This document shows, piece by piece, positions 49,089 to 59,832 of a stretch of DNA of 64,000 bases. This DNA comes from Acidimicrobiia bacterium (GTDB taxonomy: Bacteria > Actinomycetota > Acidimicrobiia > Spongiisociales > ZC4RG35). The DNA lies in the NCBI GenBank assembly GCA_965216725.1, contig CBDCGI010000005.1:82016-146015 (forward strand), written 5' to 3'. The number at the start of each line of letters is the position of its first letter. Position 1 is the first letter of the stretch. Position numbers and translations under genes: made by a program. The notes under the pieces are model-generated. The model worked only from the letters and a program-made list of their open reading frames with translations, ran no database searches and was not told the DNA's origin.

Positions 49089-49466
49089 ATGTTCGAATTC
49101 TTCCTTGGCTACAGCGCCGGGTCTTCGATGGCCTCCCGCGCGGCGACCCTCGCCCGGAGTGCTGCTGCAGCCGACGGGTTGCGGACCAGCAACCGAGTAG
49201 AGGACGTCAACGAACGGGTCGACACTCTCATGATCATCGTTCGGGCCATGTGGTCGCTGATGGAGCGGCAGGGACTGACACCACAGGACCTCGAAGCCGA
49301 AATCGAACGCCTCGACTCATTGGATGGCCTGCGTGATGGAGCCATACGATCAGCCCCGGTCGACTGTCCCAGCTGTGACTCCAAGGTGGCTCCGGGGCTC
49401 ACCCACTGTCAGTTCTGTGGAGCCGCCGTGTCCGGGGATGACGGCCACCCGATGGATCGCCTCTAG
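49089..49466 (+). CDS. Small protein with a C-terminal zinc-ribbon (CxxC-N14-CxxC), paralog 1
   Basis: MFEFFLGY..., a coiled-coil-like middle region, and DCPSCDSKVAPGLTHCQFCGAAV. Confidence 0.55.
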   Translation: MFEFFLGYSAGSSMASRAATLARSAAAADGLRTSNRVEDVNERVDTLMIIVRAMWSLMERQGLTPQDLEAEIERLDSLDGLRDGAIRSAPVDCPSCDSKVAPGLTHCQFCGAAVSGDDGHPMDRL

Positions 49467-49475
49467 GACTCCAAC

Positions 49476-49841
49476 ATGTTTGAGTTCTTCGTCGGATATG
49501 GGATGGGAGCCGGATCGGGTGTCGCTCGCAAAGCCTCACTCGCCAGATCGTCAGCAGTCGGAGAGTCGGCAGCCCAATTAGGACGAATCGAGGACCTCGC
49601 CGAGGAGGTGGCACGACTCTTGGTGATCGTCAGGGCGATGTGGTCGCTGCTCGAGGACAAAGGTTTCGACCCCGAGGAACTGAAGACGGCGATTGACGAC
49701 GTGGAGTCGAAGGCACAAATCAAGCCGGAAGCTGCCGACTGTCCGGAATGCGGGTCGAAAGTCGCCCCAGGCCTACCGGCCTGTCAGCTCTGCGGAGCAG
49801 CGGTTTTTCACACCGAGACAGGACCTGCCAGCCCGGTCTGA
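49476..49841 (+). CDS. Small protein with a C-terminal zinc-ribbon, paralog 2 (tandem duplicate)
   Basis: MFEFFVGY...VIVRAMWSLLE...DCPECGSKVAPGLPACQLCGAAV is about 45% identical to the upstream gene. Confidence 0.55.
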   Translation: MFEFFVGYGMGAGSGVARKASLARSSAVGESAAQLGRIEDLAEEVARLLVIVRAMWSLLEDKGFDPEELKTAIDDVESKAQIKPEAADCPECGSKVAPGLPACQLCGAAVFHTETGPASPV

Positions 49842-49896
49842 GTGCCCGACCCCTCCGATTCCGCCCGCCGTTTGTCCCACATATGACGCCCTCCTC

Positions 49897-50472
49897 CTAA
49901 GGAGCACGGTCTGGGGCATTGCGGTCTTGCCAGTAGATGACCAGGCACCCGACGGCGGCGCCCAGGGCGTTGGCCACCAGGTCGAGGGCGTTGTTCCCGT
50001 AGTCACCGACGCTGACGTCGCTGATGGCGGTGCCGATCAACTCGCCAATCTCAACCACTGCTCCCCCGCCCATGACCACCAGGAAGTTGATCACAGCCAG
50101 ACCTTTCAGGTTGTAACCGTCGCCGGCGAAGCGGGTCAGCACATGCCAGGCCACGAATGCGAGGCCGAAAGCCGCCACCGCGTGAAAGACCTTGTCGTAG
50201 GGGATAGGCCCAACGAAACCCGCGGCGTAAAGGGGGCTGCCATCGGTGAGAACCACTCCGCCGACCATGTTGAACAGTCCGACGAAGGCCATCACCCACA
50301 ACAGAGTCGTCGAGAACTTGGTCAGCCGATGGAACACTCCAAACACCACGAGTAGCAGCAGTGTCAGTCCCAGATAGATGAAAGTGAGTGAGCTGTCAAC
50401 GACGATGCCGTAGATGGTGAGGCCAACCGTGTAGGCGGCGATGAAGACCAAGACCATCCACTCCGACCTCAT
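49897..50472 (-). CDS. Integral membrane protein (5-6 TMS), unknown function
   Basis: It is hydrophobic. The likely start is MRSEWMVLVF. Confidence 0.5.
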   Translation of the reverse strand: MRSEWMVLVFIAAYTVGLTIYGIVVDSSLTFIYLGLTLLLLVVFGVFHRLTKFSTTLLWVMAFVGLFNMVGGVVLTDGSPLYAAGFVGPIPYDKVFHAVAAFGLAFVAWHVLTRFAGDGYNLKGLAVINFLVVMGGGAVVEIGELIGTAISDVSVGDYGNNALDLVANALGAAVGCLVIYWQDRNAPDRAP

Positions 50473-50531
50473 CAGACAACCGTAATTGCAGGCGGCGCCA
50501 CCCAAGGTTTGATCCTCAATAGGCTGGGCTC

Positions 50532-50993
50532 ATGGAAGAAACCGTCACTGCTGACGAGGTACAGGAAAACAATCACGCCGAGGACGAAGAGGCGCCGACC
50601 AGCTCGCCGACCAAGCTGATTCGGATCGCATCCATGACCCGGGCAATGCTCGAAGAGGTGCGTCAGTCGCCCTTGGACGAGAGTGGCCGCACCCGTTTGG
50701 CCGAGGTCCACGGCAAGTCCCTGGACGAGCTACGACAAGTGCTCTCACCCGAGTTGCTTGACGAATTCGACGAGGTCATGGTGCCTCTCAGCGAGGACGC
50801 CGAGGTGTCAGGCGATGAGCTGAGGATCGCCCAGGCTCAATTGATCGGATGGCTGGAAGGACTGTTCCACGGCATACAAGCCTCGCTGTGGTCGCAGCAG
50901 ATGGCGGCCCAGTCGCAGCTGGCCGAGATGCAGAAGCGTGCCGCCTTGCCGAAAGGCGCGGCCCCCGACGAGTCGTCCGGGCTCTATTTGTGA
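50532..50993 (+). CDS. bpa: Bacterial proteasome activator Bpa/PafE-like protein (DUF2587)
   Basis: ELRIAQAQLIGWLEGLFHGIQASLWSQQMAA and a C-terminal ...GLYL tail fit the GQYL-type proteasome-docking motif of Bpa. Confidence 0.6.
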   Translation: MEETVTADEVQENNHAEDEEAPTSSPTKLIRIASMTRAMLEEVRQSPLDESGRTRLAEVHGKSLDELRQVLSPELLDEFDEVMVPLSEDAEVSGDELRIAQAQLIGWLEGLFHGIQASLWSQQMAAQSQLAEMQKRAALPKGAAPDESSGLYL

Positions 50994-50994
50994 G

Positions 50995-51270
50995 CTAGCC
51001 GACCTTGCGTTGGCGCAGCGCCCGCTCCCGGCGCACCCGCCTGCGCTCACGTTCGCTCATGCCACCCCAGATTCCGAACTTCTCCCCCATATCCACCGCG
51101 TAGTCGAGGCATTCGACCCGGACTTCACAAGCCCCACAGATCGCTTTCGCCTTACGCGTTGACGCCCCCCGTTCGGGAAAGAACAAGTCGGCATCAGCCC
51201 CCCGGCAATTGGCGTAGTCCTGCCACGACAGCTGCCCCACCGCCAGAGCTTCGACGAGCTTGCTCTGCAT
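50995..51270 (-). CDS. whiB: WhiB-family [4Fe-4S] transcriptional regulator
   Basis: The four Cys C-x25-C-x2-C-x5-C (ANCRGAD...CGACEVRVEC) are present, with a G-W-x-GG turn and a basic C-terminal tail. Confidence 0.8.
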   Translation of the reverse strand: MQSKLVEALAVGQLSWQDYANCRGADADLFFPERGASTRKAKAICGACEVRVECLDYAVDMGEKFGIWGGMSERERRRVRRERALRQRKVG

Positions 51271-51388
51271 CCTCTTCTCCTAACAACCGTGTAATTACAC
51301 GTTTGACATTACGGAAGGGCGCGCGCGCCGTCAACCCCGGACGCACCCGGCGATCCCCTCCCGTGAAGAGTTGCCATAATGGGAATCA

Positions 51389-52117
51389 GTGGTCACGACA
51401 GAGCGGAAGAGAAAAGCCCCCTGGCCGCTGAGCCTCTATCAGACGGCTGTAGGCAAGAAGTGGGTCATGGCCCTCACCGGGATCGCCATCATCGGCTTCG
51501 TCATCGCCCACATGATCGGGAACTGGAAGATCTTCCTCCCCGACGTCGATGGCGTCCCTGAGATAGACCTCTACGCGGAAGCGCTACGCGAGCTCCTGTT
51601 CCCGCTGGTTCCCGAGCATGTCGTGCTGTGGATATTTCGCATCGGGCTCATAGTGGCCTTCGTCGTTCATATCCACGCCGCCTACTCACTCACGATCATG
51701 AGCCGGCAGGCTCGAGTCGACGAGTATCAGGGGCCGCGCAGATACCTGGCCGCGGACTATGCCAGCCGCACCATGCGCTGGTCTGGAGTCATCCTCGGCG
51801 CCTTCATCCTCTTTCATCTGGCCGACCTGACATGGGGCGTGGAGCCGGCAGCACCCGACGTGTGGGAACGTGGTGAGGTCTACGCCAACTTCGTGGCGAC
51901 CTTCAGCCGGGCGCCGGTGACTGTGTTCTACGTGATCTCGATGGGCCTTCTCGGGCTCCACATCTATCACGGGGCATGGTCGATGTTCCAGAGCCTTGGG
52001 ATCAACAACCCTCGGTACAACGCCCTTCGCCGTTATCTGGCCATCGGGCTGGCAGCACTGGTCACCGTGGGGAACGCCATCATGCCCATCGCCGTTCTCG
52101 TCGGGTGGGTGGGGTGA
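51389..52117 (+). CDS. sdhC: Succinate dehydrogenase cytochrome b subunit
   Basis: It has 5 TMS with conserved His (AHMIGN, HIHAAYS, FHLADL). It lies immediately upstream of sdhA and sdhB. Confidence 0.65.
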   Translation: MVTTERKRKAPWPLSLYQTAVGKKWVMALTGIAIIGFVIAHMIGNWKIFLPDVDGVPEIDLYAEALRELLFPLVPEHVVLWIFRIGLIVAFVVHIHAAYSLTIMSRQARVDEYQGPRRYLAADYASRTMRWSGVILGAFILFHLADLTWGVEPAAPDVWERGEVYANFVATFSRAPVTVFYVISMGLLGLHIYHGAWSMFQSLGINNPRYNALRRYLAIGLAALVTVGNAIMPIAVLVGWVG

Positions 52118-54039
52118 TGTCTTTGAAGCTCGAATCAAAGGTCCCTGCCGGTCCCCTTTCTGACAAATGGGAGAGCCACAAGTTCTCGGTCAATTTGGTG
52201 AACCCAGCCAACAAGCGGAAGTTCAAGATCATCGTGGTTGGCACCGGCCTGGCCGGGGCGTCCGCAGCAGCCACGTTGGGTGAGCTTGGCTACAACGTCG
52301 AGGCCTTCACCTTCCACGACACCCCGCGGCGAGCGCACTCGATAGCGGCCCAGGGCGGAATCAACGCCGCCAAGAACTACCGCAACGACGGAGACTCGGT
52401 GTGGCGGTTGTTCTACGACACGATCAAGGGTGGCGACTACCGGAGTCGGGAGGCGAACGTCCACCGTCTGGCTGAGGTCTCGCTGAACATCATCGACCAG
52501 GCAACGGCCCAGGGCGTTCCCTTTGCCCGGGAGTACGGCGGTTTGCTGGACAATCGCTCGTTCGGTGGGGCCCAGGTCTCTCGGACCTTCTATGCCCGGG
52601 GCCAGACCGGCCAACAGCTCCTTCTTGGCGCATACCAGGCGTTGATGCGTCAGGTCGACACCGGCAAGGTGAGACTTCACACCCGGGCGGAGATGCTCGA
52701 CCTGGTGGTGAAGGATGGCCAAGCGGTGGGGATCATCGTCCGTGACCTTGTGACGGGCGAGGTCAGCAGCCATTCCGCTCATGCCGTGGTTCTTGCCACG
52801 GGTGGCTATTCCAACGTCTTCTTCCTCTCCACCAATGCGATGGCCTCCAATGTCACCGCGATTTGGCGCGCTCACCGCAAAGGTGCCGCCTTCGCCAACC
52901 CTTGCTTCACCCAGATCCACCCGACTTGCATCCCCGCCTCCGACGAGTTCCAGTCGAAGCTGACCCTGATGTCGGAGTCATTGAGGAACGACGGCCGAAT
53001 TTGGGTGCCGAAGAATCCCGACGAGCAGCGTGCGGCGAACCACGTCCCAGAGTCAGACCGGGATTACTACCTGGAGCGGACATACCCGGCTTTTGGAAAC
53101 TTGGTCCCCCGGGATGTCGCCTCCCGGGCAGCGAAGCGAATGGTCGATTCCGAATACGGAGTCGGGCCGCTGAAGAATGGTGTCTACCTCGATTTCAGGG
53201 ATTCGATCGAACGCGACGGCAAGGCGGCCATCGAAGAGCGGTATTCGAACCTGTTCGAGATGTACGAGCGGATCACCGACGAGGACCCGTACCAGGTTCC
53301 GATGCGGATCTACCCGGCTCCCCACTACACCATGGGCGGCCTCTGGGTCGACTACAACCTGATGACGACCATCCCCGGCCTCTACGCAATCGGCGAAGCC
53401 AACTTCAGCGATCACGGGGCCAATCGCCTGGGCGCCTCGGCTCTCATGCAGGGTCTCGCCGACGGGTACTTCGTGCTCCCCTACACCATCGGCGATTATC
53501 TCGCCGGGCTGCTCAACACGCCCACCGTCCCTACGGACGATCCCGTATTCGCCGAGACCGCCAATCAGGTCGACCAACGGGTCGACGGGTACCTGGACAC
53601 CCGCGGGACCCGGTCGGTCGACTGGTTCCACAAGGAACTGGGCAAGATCATGCTCGAGTACTGCGGGATGTCGAGAAGCCAAACGGGCTTGGAGAAGGCA
53701 CTCTCGGAGATCCCCGCGTTGCACGAGGAGTATCTGAGCGACGTGAAGGTGCTGGGCTCGGCCAACACCTTCAATCAGGGTTTGGAACGGGCAGGCCGGG
53801 TGGACGACTTCTTCGAGCTGGCCCAGGTGATGTGTCTCGACGCACTCAACCGCGAGGAGTCGTGTGGAGGCCATTTCCGGGAGGAGCACCAGTCAGAAGA
53901 AGGTGAGGCATTACGCGACGACGAGGGCTTCGCCAACGTCTCGGCCTGGGAGTGGACAGGCGATGCTTCCCAGCCCGAACTGAACACCGAGCATCTCGAT
54001 TTCGAAGACGTCACCCTCACCACGAGGAGCTACAAGTGA
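52117..54039 (+). CDS. sdhA: Succinate dehydrogenase/fumarate reductase flavoprotein subunit
   Basis: FAD motif [14 protein letters not shown]; covalent-FAD His region [10 protein letters not shown]; HPTC; C-terminal capping domain. Confidence 0.9.
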   Translation: MSLKLESKVPAGPLSDKWESHKFSVNLVNPANKRKFKIIVVGTGLAGASAAATLGELGYNVEAFTFHDTPRRAHSIAAQGGINAAKNYRNDGDSVWRLFYDTIKGGDYRSREANVHRLAEVSLNIIDQATAQGVPFAREYGGLLDNRSFGGAQVSRTFYARGQTGQQLLLGAYQALMRQVDTGKVRLHTRAEMLDLVVKDGQAVGIIVRDLVTGEVSSHSAHAVVLATGGYSNVFFLSTNAMASNVTAIWRAHRKGAAFANPCFTQIHPTCIPASDEFQSKLTLMSESLRNDGRIWVPKNPDEQRAANHVPESDRDYYLERTYPAFGNLVPRDVASRAAKRMVDSEYGVGPLKNGVYLDFRDSIERDGKAAIEERYSNLFEMYERITDEDPYQVPMRIYPAPHYTMGGLWVDYNLMTTIPGLYAIGEANFSDHGANRLGASALMQGLADGYFVLPYTIGDYLAGLLNTPTVPTDDPVFAETANQVDQRVDGYLDTRGTRSVDWFHKELGKIMLEYCGMSRSQTGLEKALSEIPALHEEYLSDVKVLGSANTFNQGLERAGRVDDFFELAQVMCLDALNREESCGGHFREEHQSEEGEALRDDEGFANVSAWEWTGDASQPELNTEHLDFEDVTLTTRSYK

Positions 54040-54061
54040 GCTACCGGGCGGGGGCAGCGAC

Positions 54062-54826
54062 GTGAACCTCACCCTTCAGGTGTGGCGCCAGGCGGGCCCG
54101 GAGGCGACCGGAAGCTTCAGGACCTATGACGTGTCCGGTATCTCCGAGGAGATGTCTTTCCTCGAAATGCTCGACGTGCTCAACGAACGTTTGGTCAACG
54201 AAGGTGAGGAGCCGATCGCCTTCGACCACGACTGCCGGGAGGGCATCTGCGGCACCTGTGGTGTGATGATCGACGGATTGGCGCATGGCCCCCAGCAGGG
54301 CACGGCGACTTGCCAGCTTCACATGCGCAAGTTCTCCGACGGCGCCACGATCACGGTCGAACCGTGGCGGGCAACGGGGTTCCCACTCGTGAAGGACTTG
54401 GTAGTGGACAGGTCGGCCTTCGACCTCATCGTGGAGGCCGGCGGCTACATCAGCGTCGATACCGGGTCCGCTCCGGAAGCGAACTTGATCCCGGTGCCCA
54501 AGGAGGTGGCCGACACCGCCTTCGACGCCGCGGCCTGCATCGGGTGCGGAGCCTGTGTGGCGGCCTGTCCAAACGGCGCCGCCAACCTGTTCACCAGCGC
54601 CAAGATCAGCCATCTCAACCTGCTTCCACAGGGCCAGGCGGAGCGATGGAGGCGGACCGAGCGAATGGTGGAAGTCATGGAGGAGTACTTCGGGTCTTGC
54701 AGCAACCATGCAGAATGTGAGAAGGCATGCCCCAAGCAGATTTCGATCGACTTCATCGCCATGATGAACTCCGACTTCGTGAAGGCCAAGTTCAAGAATC
54801 GGAGGCTGGCCGGCCAACACGGCTAA
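54062..54826 (+). CDS. sdhB: Succinate dehydrogenase iron-sulfur subunit
   Basis: It has a 2Fe-2[11 protein letters not shown] motif plus [12 protein letters not shown] and a downstream CxxxCP cluster. Confidence 0.85.
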   Translation: MNLTLQVWRQAGPEATGSFRTYDVSGISEEMSFLEMLDVLNERLVNEGEEPIAFDHDCREGICGTCGVMIDGLAHGPQQGTATCQLHMRKFSDGATITVEPWRATGFPLVKDLVVDRSAFDLIVEAGGYISVDTGSAPEANLIPVPKEVADTAFDAAACIGCGACVAACPNGAANLFTSAKISHLNLLPQGQAERWRRTERMVEVMEEYFGSCSNHAECEKACPKQISIDFIAMMNSDFVKAKFKNRRLAGQHG

Positions 54827-54921
54827 CGGCCACATCACGCAGAGTGGCTAGGAACCGGCCAGCCTTAGACTCCTCCGCAGCGGGGCGATAGGCTCCAACA
54901 CGACAGCAAAGTGAGCGCAAG

Positions 54922-55434
54922 GTGGGCTGGGATCCATCCTCAAAACTCAGATCCCGGGGTAGGAGTGGCGAACGCGGCGCTGCACTCGTCGAAATGGCAC
55001 TGGTCCTGACCCTGCTGGTGATGCTTCTGGTGGGCACAGTCACGGGTGCGGTGGCGTTGGGTCAGAAGAACTCGCTGCAAAACGCAGCGCGCGAGGCCAG
55101 CCGCTTCGGCGCCACACTCCCGGGACCCATCGATCTCGCGTGGCTCCAGTCAGTGCGGAATGTTGCCCGAGCGGCCGCCACAGGCGATCTCGAGACTTCG
55201 ATCTCTGGCCAGTACATCTGCGTCGCGTTCGTCGACGGCTCAAACGACACTCGTCTCACCGACACCGGCGGTGTCGAGGCGCAAGCCGCTCAGGAGTGCT
55301 ATGACGACGGCCGGCCCAGCGGTGAGCGGAGGGTCCAGGTTGTGACTGAACGGGAGACCACCCTCCAGGCCATAGTGTTTTCGACAGATATCACGCTCAC
55401 GACGCCTGCTGCAGCCAGGTACGAGAGAGAATGA
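54922..55434 (+). CDS. TadE-like pseudopilin (pair 1, small)
   Basis: SGERGAALVEMALVLTLLVMLLVG. Confidence 0.6.
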   Translation: MGWDPSSKLRSRGRSGERGAALVEMALVLTLLVMLLVGTVTGAVALGQKNSLQNAAREASRFGATLPGPIDLAWLQSVRNVARAAATGDLETSISGQYICVAFVDGSNDTRLTDTGGVEAQAAQECYDDGRPSGERRVQVVTERETTLQAIVFSTDITLTTPAAARYERE

Positions 55435-57197
55435 GAAGAGCCATTAGCAACGATCGCGGAGCCTCGATAGTCGTCTTGTCTCTTGGTTTGTTCATGCTCA
55501 TAGGGGCGGCAGCCATAGCAATAGATCTTGCCGCGATGCGAACTGACCGAAGCGTCGACCAGAAGGTGTCGGACAGTGCGGCAGCCGCTGGAGCTCTGGC
55601 CGCGGTGACCGGCGATGGCCAGAACGCATGCGAAGCGGCACTCGCGTATGTCGCAGCCAACATGAGCTCGATCTCCTCTCTGAACGACACCGGGTGTGCC
55701 TCGGCGTTCTCTTCATCGTGCATCGCCGGAACTGCAGAATCGCACACGGTGACATCGGGGAGACACACATTCACGGTCACTTATCCGGTACCGGATGCCA
55801 GCCCTTTCATGACATCGGGCCTCCTCGGAGGCACAAGTCAGCCAGTCGTAGCGGAGGACGGCGATCCCTGCGACCGGGTTGCGGTTCAGGTGAGTGCCGT
55901 CCACAGCGGCCTATTTGCCCGAGTGCTCGGATTTGAGCAGGGCACTACCACCGTTCACACCGTTGCCACCGCGGTTCTTCCCTCGGGCGGTGGCGTGCCT
56001 TTGAACCTCCTGGTCCTCGATCGATTTGGTTGTCAGGCAATCCTTGTCCAGGGCAACGGTGGTGTCATCGTCGATGCGGTAGTCAATGAGGATGGAACGG
56101 GCCTTATCGCCGGTGTCGCTGCCTCAGACTCGGACGCCAGCTCGGGTTGCTCGAGCGACGGAGTGATCGACATCGACGGGTCCAATCCGATCATCCGTGC
56201 TGATGGTCCAGAAGGCTGTTCCAACCAGACCGGTACAGGCACGGTCGGAGGCTTTACAAGCGGCCACGGATGCGGGCTGCTGCAGACATTGGCTCCAGGA
56301 ACGCCGGGCTGCAACCTCCCGGCCTGCACTCCAGGCGCCGGTGGAGCCAACCCACCAAACCCCGACCCAACCGCCTTGCCAGCAAGGCTGACACGGGCGC
56401 CCATCGACTACCGCTACAACTGCTGGACCGACTACACATCACCGCCAGCCGGCGTCAGCTGGGCAGTGGATCCGCTAACCACTTCCAACGAGCAAGACAT
56501 CCCCGGATGCGGAGATGGCACTTCGGATCACATCTACGATCTGATCAATGCTGTCGGATCTTCCGGCTCGGCAGGATTCACCGATTGGACGACGCTCGGC
56601 CATCCATGTCTCGTCCCCTCATCGAGCCCTCCGATCACGGTCACCGGAGATGTTCGAATCGACTGTGCCACCTTCACCGTGCAGTCCGACGTGCAGATCG
56701 TCGGGAATGTGATATTTGACGGCGACGTCAACGTGACCTCGGGGACCGCGCATCTCGACGTGCACAACTCTCTCGGGTCACCTGGGTGGACCTTTTTCCG
56801 TGACGGGACGTTGACCAAGGATGGTCAGGCCGACCTGACATTCCTGTATACCGCGGTGTACATGTCCAAGACATCAAACGTTGCCGTCTCCGGAGGGAAC
56901 GACGGGAAACTCGTTTGGGTCGCGCCCAATAGCGGAAACTTCGACGATCTCGCTCTCTGGTCCGACTCGGCCACGACCCACAGCTGGGCGGGCCAAGGCG
57001 AGCTGCGGATGGAGGGAGTCTTCTTCACGCCGCTGGCGCTAGCGGACTATTCCGGTCAGGGGTCGCAGAACCAAACCGAGGCACAATGGGTAGCCGACAA
57101 GCTTCTCGCCCGAGGTCAAGGGCAGCTGGTGATCAGACCCGAGTTCGGCAGGGCGGTGGAGTTCCCCATCCTCCCCAGGACAACCCTCATCCGATAG
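55431..57197 (+). CDS. Large TadG-like secreted protein (pair 1; 588 aa)
   Basis: NDRGASIVVLSLGLFMLIGAAAIAIDLAA..R.D is the TadE/G N-terminal motif. It has a long Cys-containing extracellular region. Confidence 0.6.
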   Translation: MRRAISNDRGASIVVLSLGLFMLIGAAAIAIDLAAMRTDRSVDQKVSDSAAAAGALAAVTGDGQNACEAALAYVAANMSSISSLNDTGCASAFSSSCIAGTAESHTVTSGRHTFTVTYPVPDASPFMTSGLLGGTSQPVVAEDGDPCDRVAVQVSAVHSGLFARVLGFEQGTTTVHTVATAVLPSGGGVPLNLLVLDRFGCQAILVQGNGGVIVDAVVNEDGTGLIAGVAASDSDASSGCSSDGVIDIDGSNPIIRADGPEGCSNQTGTGTVGGFTSGHGCGLLQTLAPGTPGCNLPACTPGAGGANPPNPDPTALPARLTRAPIDYRYNCWTDYTSPPAGVSWAVDPLTTSNEQDIPGCGDGTSDHIYDLINAVGSSGSAGFTDWTTLGHPCLVPSSSPPITVTGDVRIDCATFTVQSDVQIVGNVIFDGDVNVTSGTAHLDVHNSLGSPGWTFFRDGTLTKDGQADLTFLYTAVYMSKTSNVAVSGGNDGKLVWVAPNSGNFDDLALWSDSATTHSWAGQGELRMEGVFFTPLALADYSGQGSQNQTEAQWVADKLLARGQGQLVIRPEFGRAVEFPILPRTTLIR

Positions 57198-57275
57198 GTC
57201 CAGAACAGGCCCAAAGACCTACTTCCAAGCGCGGTCGTTGGCTTTAATCTGTGCTTTGGGACGACACTCTCTCTT

Positions 57276-57782
57276 GTGGAGGGGAACGGATTGAGGCTGG
57301 GGCACATGGGCTATATCAGATCGCGCCGGGAGCGTGGGGCGGCACTGGTCGAGTTTGCGGTGTTGATGCCGCTATTGGTTTTGCTGCTGCTGGGCATCGT
57401 CGAATTTGGCTGGCTGCTGTCACAGCATCTCGACGTACGGCACGGCGCCCGGGAAGGCGCCCGCCTGAGCGCGGTCAACTACCCGGCCGGACCGAACTTC
57501 TCGACGGGACTCAGAAATGACGGCGACCGCGATGCATTGATCGCCGAGATATGCGACCGGATGGACACCGCTTCATCTGTAGCAGTGACTCTCACCAGCG
57601 CCGGCGCAGTGGGAGACCCTTCCACGGTAAAAGTATCGGCGCCCGCCGCCAGCCTGACCGGTTTCCTCAGCTGGGCGATTCCGTCGTCGTTGAATCTGGT
57701 CTCGGAAGTCGAAATCAGGCTGGAGCAAAACGCGACGTGGACCAACACCGTTGCTCCGCCGCCGGGTCAGGCATGTCCGTAG
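57276..57782 (+). CDS. TadE-like pseudopilin (pair 2, small)
   Basis: RERGAALVEFAVLMPLLVLLLLGIVEFGW. Confidence 0.6.
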   Translation: MEGNGLRLGHMGYIRSRRERGAALVEFAVLMPLLVLLLLGIVEFGWLLSQHLDVRHGAREGARLSAVNYPAGPNFSTGLRNDGDRDALIAEICDRMDTASSVAVTLTSAGAVGDPSTVKVSAPAASLTGFLSWAIPSSLNLVSEVEIRLEQNATWTNTVAPPPGQACP

Positions 57783-59224
57783 CAAAGACCTCCGAGCAGG
57801 GCGCCTCAGCTGTGGTCATCGCCCTCTCAATGCTGGTGATCATGGGATTTGCCGCCCTGGCGATCGACATCGGACTAGGCCTCAACGAAAGACGTCAGGA
57901 CCAGGCGGCATCGGATGTCGGTGCCCTCGCAGCTGTCCAGTTCGCACAACCCAACGCGGGATGCTCCGGTGCAAGCTGCGTAACCCAAGCCGCGACCAAC
58001 GGCGCCAACGAGGCGATAACAGTGGCCAACGCGTCTCTCGACGACCCCAGCGCGGCTGACTGGACGGATTCGTCTCGATGCGGGACACCACCAGCCGGAT
58101 TCAGCGTCTCTCCAGTGACGGACTGTGTCGCATTCACGGCGAACTTCCAGCGGGCCTGGGTGAAGGTTCCGATCATCGACTCGCCGACCTATTTCGGCCG
58201 TCTCTTGGGTGCCGACAGCCTCGCGGTGAGCGCCGACTCCATCGCCGACCAGGGTTTCAGCAACCCGGGTCCCGTCTGGCCCTTCTTGCTTCCGGGTAAT
58301 GCGGCCAGTGCCGATTACAACTGCCTCAAGACCGGACCCAACCCGGCATGGGGTGTTTGTGAGGACCTTCCTGGCACGGGCAACTTCGGGTCGATGGACT
58401 TCTTCATATTCGGCAACCAGGAACGCAACACGACTCAGAAATGCACGGGTGATACCAACGGCCGTCTGGTCTCCAACATCGCACGCGGAATCGATCATCC
58501 CCTTGGCCTGCATCCCTCAGGTGTTGGCGCCGGCAAAGAAGAGAAAGAAGTATGTCCGATACTTGGAGCCGAGCCAGACATGGCGGACGGTCAACCCGGA
58601 GTGGGCTCAGCCCTCGAGGATGGACTCCTGTATGGCGGGTCCAGCTACACCATCGACGGCATCCCCTATCCGGGTCGGATCGAAGACAGCTCAGGCTTCT
58701 TGGTCAGAGACGCACAGGGCAGCACACCAGCAGCGCGAATCGATGACACCACGCTCTGGTCCTACCTGGCTGGCGGGCTGCCCGGTCCGTGTAGCTCCGC
58801 AACCGTCGACACTCCCCAAGAGATGGTCTCCTGCATCGGCTGGGCCAAGTCGACCGGCACCGAGATATTCATTGACGACATCATCTTCGCCCCCAGATTC
58901 GGGTTCACCCCGGGAGTTTGGGAACTGGACTTCTTGACGCCTGGGTCGGCCTATCACATCAAGGAGTATCGGCCGGTCTACATGGACACCACCTACTACG
59001 GATGCACATCCAGCTCTTGTGACATTGTTCACACTGTGGGTGTGGCAGATGGCGGCCCGTGCGGGCCCGACCCCGAATTCGTGACATGCGGGACTCCTGG
59101 CCCCGGCAACAAGGGCCTGGATGCTGTTGCTGCATACATCCTCGACCCGAGCATCCTCCCCGACGTCGCAAAGACTCCGAATCCGGGGGCAGCCAACCAG
59201 CGCTCCTACGCCCTGTCGGAGTAG
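57774..59224 (+). CDS. Large TadG-like secreted protein (pair 2; about 483 aa)
   Basis: EQGASAVVIALSMLVIMGFAALAIDIGLGLNERRQDQAASD. The real start is the ATG ~57774. The upstream part of the 557-aa ORF overlaps the TadE gene. Confidence 0.6.
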
Positions 59225-59373
59225 TAGCACCGCTGCAGCGAGATTTCGGGTCCTTAGACCCACTCAACCCTCAAGGTTTTGGTTGCTTATTCCGACATTT
59301 CCCATAGGCTGTATCCGGTCTGGGAAGGCGATTCACCACCTGGGGCAGCCTGAGCTAAGCGAAAGAGCTGAGG

Positions 59374-59832
59374 ATGGCCCAACTCAACAGACTTTTACCT
59401 TCCCGAAATCACGACGACGAGCGCGGAGCGAACCTTGTCGAGTTCGCGATCGTCATGCCCTTTCTCGTCCTGCTTCTCTTGGGCATCGTCGAGTTCGGCT
59501 GGGTGTTCAGCCAGAACAACGACATCCGCCACGGCGCCCGAGAGGGAGCACGAGCAGCCGCAGTCAACATCGGAGACAACAACACTCTTCACACCTCGAC
59601 GTGCGACTCCATGGACCTCACGTCAACAGCGACGGTCAAATTCGAAGACAGCGCTTCCGGCGCCGTCGGCGAAGTGGCGGCTGTTCAGGTCGTCGCCAGC
59701 CCGAATTCGCTCTCGGGTCTGGGGCTCATCGAAGCCGTCCTTCCTTCGACTCTCACTTCGACGATCGAGTTTCGACTCGAGCAGCCGTCGAGTCTGTGGT
59801 CCACCGACGGCAGTGCCTACAGCTGCCCATGA
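59374..59832 (+). CDS. TadE-like pseudopilin (pair 3, small)
   Basis: DERGANLVEFAIVMPFLVLLLLGIVEFGW. Confidence 0.6.
   Translation: MAQLNRLLPSRNHDDERGANLVEFAIVMPFLVLLLLGIVEFGWVFSQNNDIRHGAREGARAAAVNIGDNNTLHTSTCDSMDLTSTATVKFEDSASGAVGEVAAVQVVASPNSLSGLGLIEAVLPSTLTSTIEFRLEQPSSLWSTDGSAYSCP

Noticed and set aside
59121-59828. 754-aa ORF 59121..61385 and 557-aa ORF 57551..59224 as single giant proteins
   Set aside because: Their 5' portions overlap the TadE-like genes in another frame. The conserved TadG-like N-terminal motif begins at the internal ATGs (59829, 57774).
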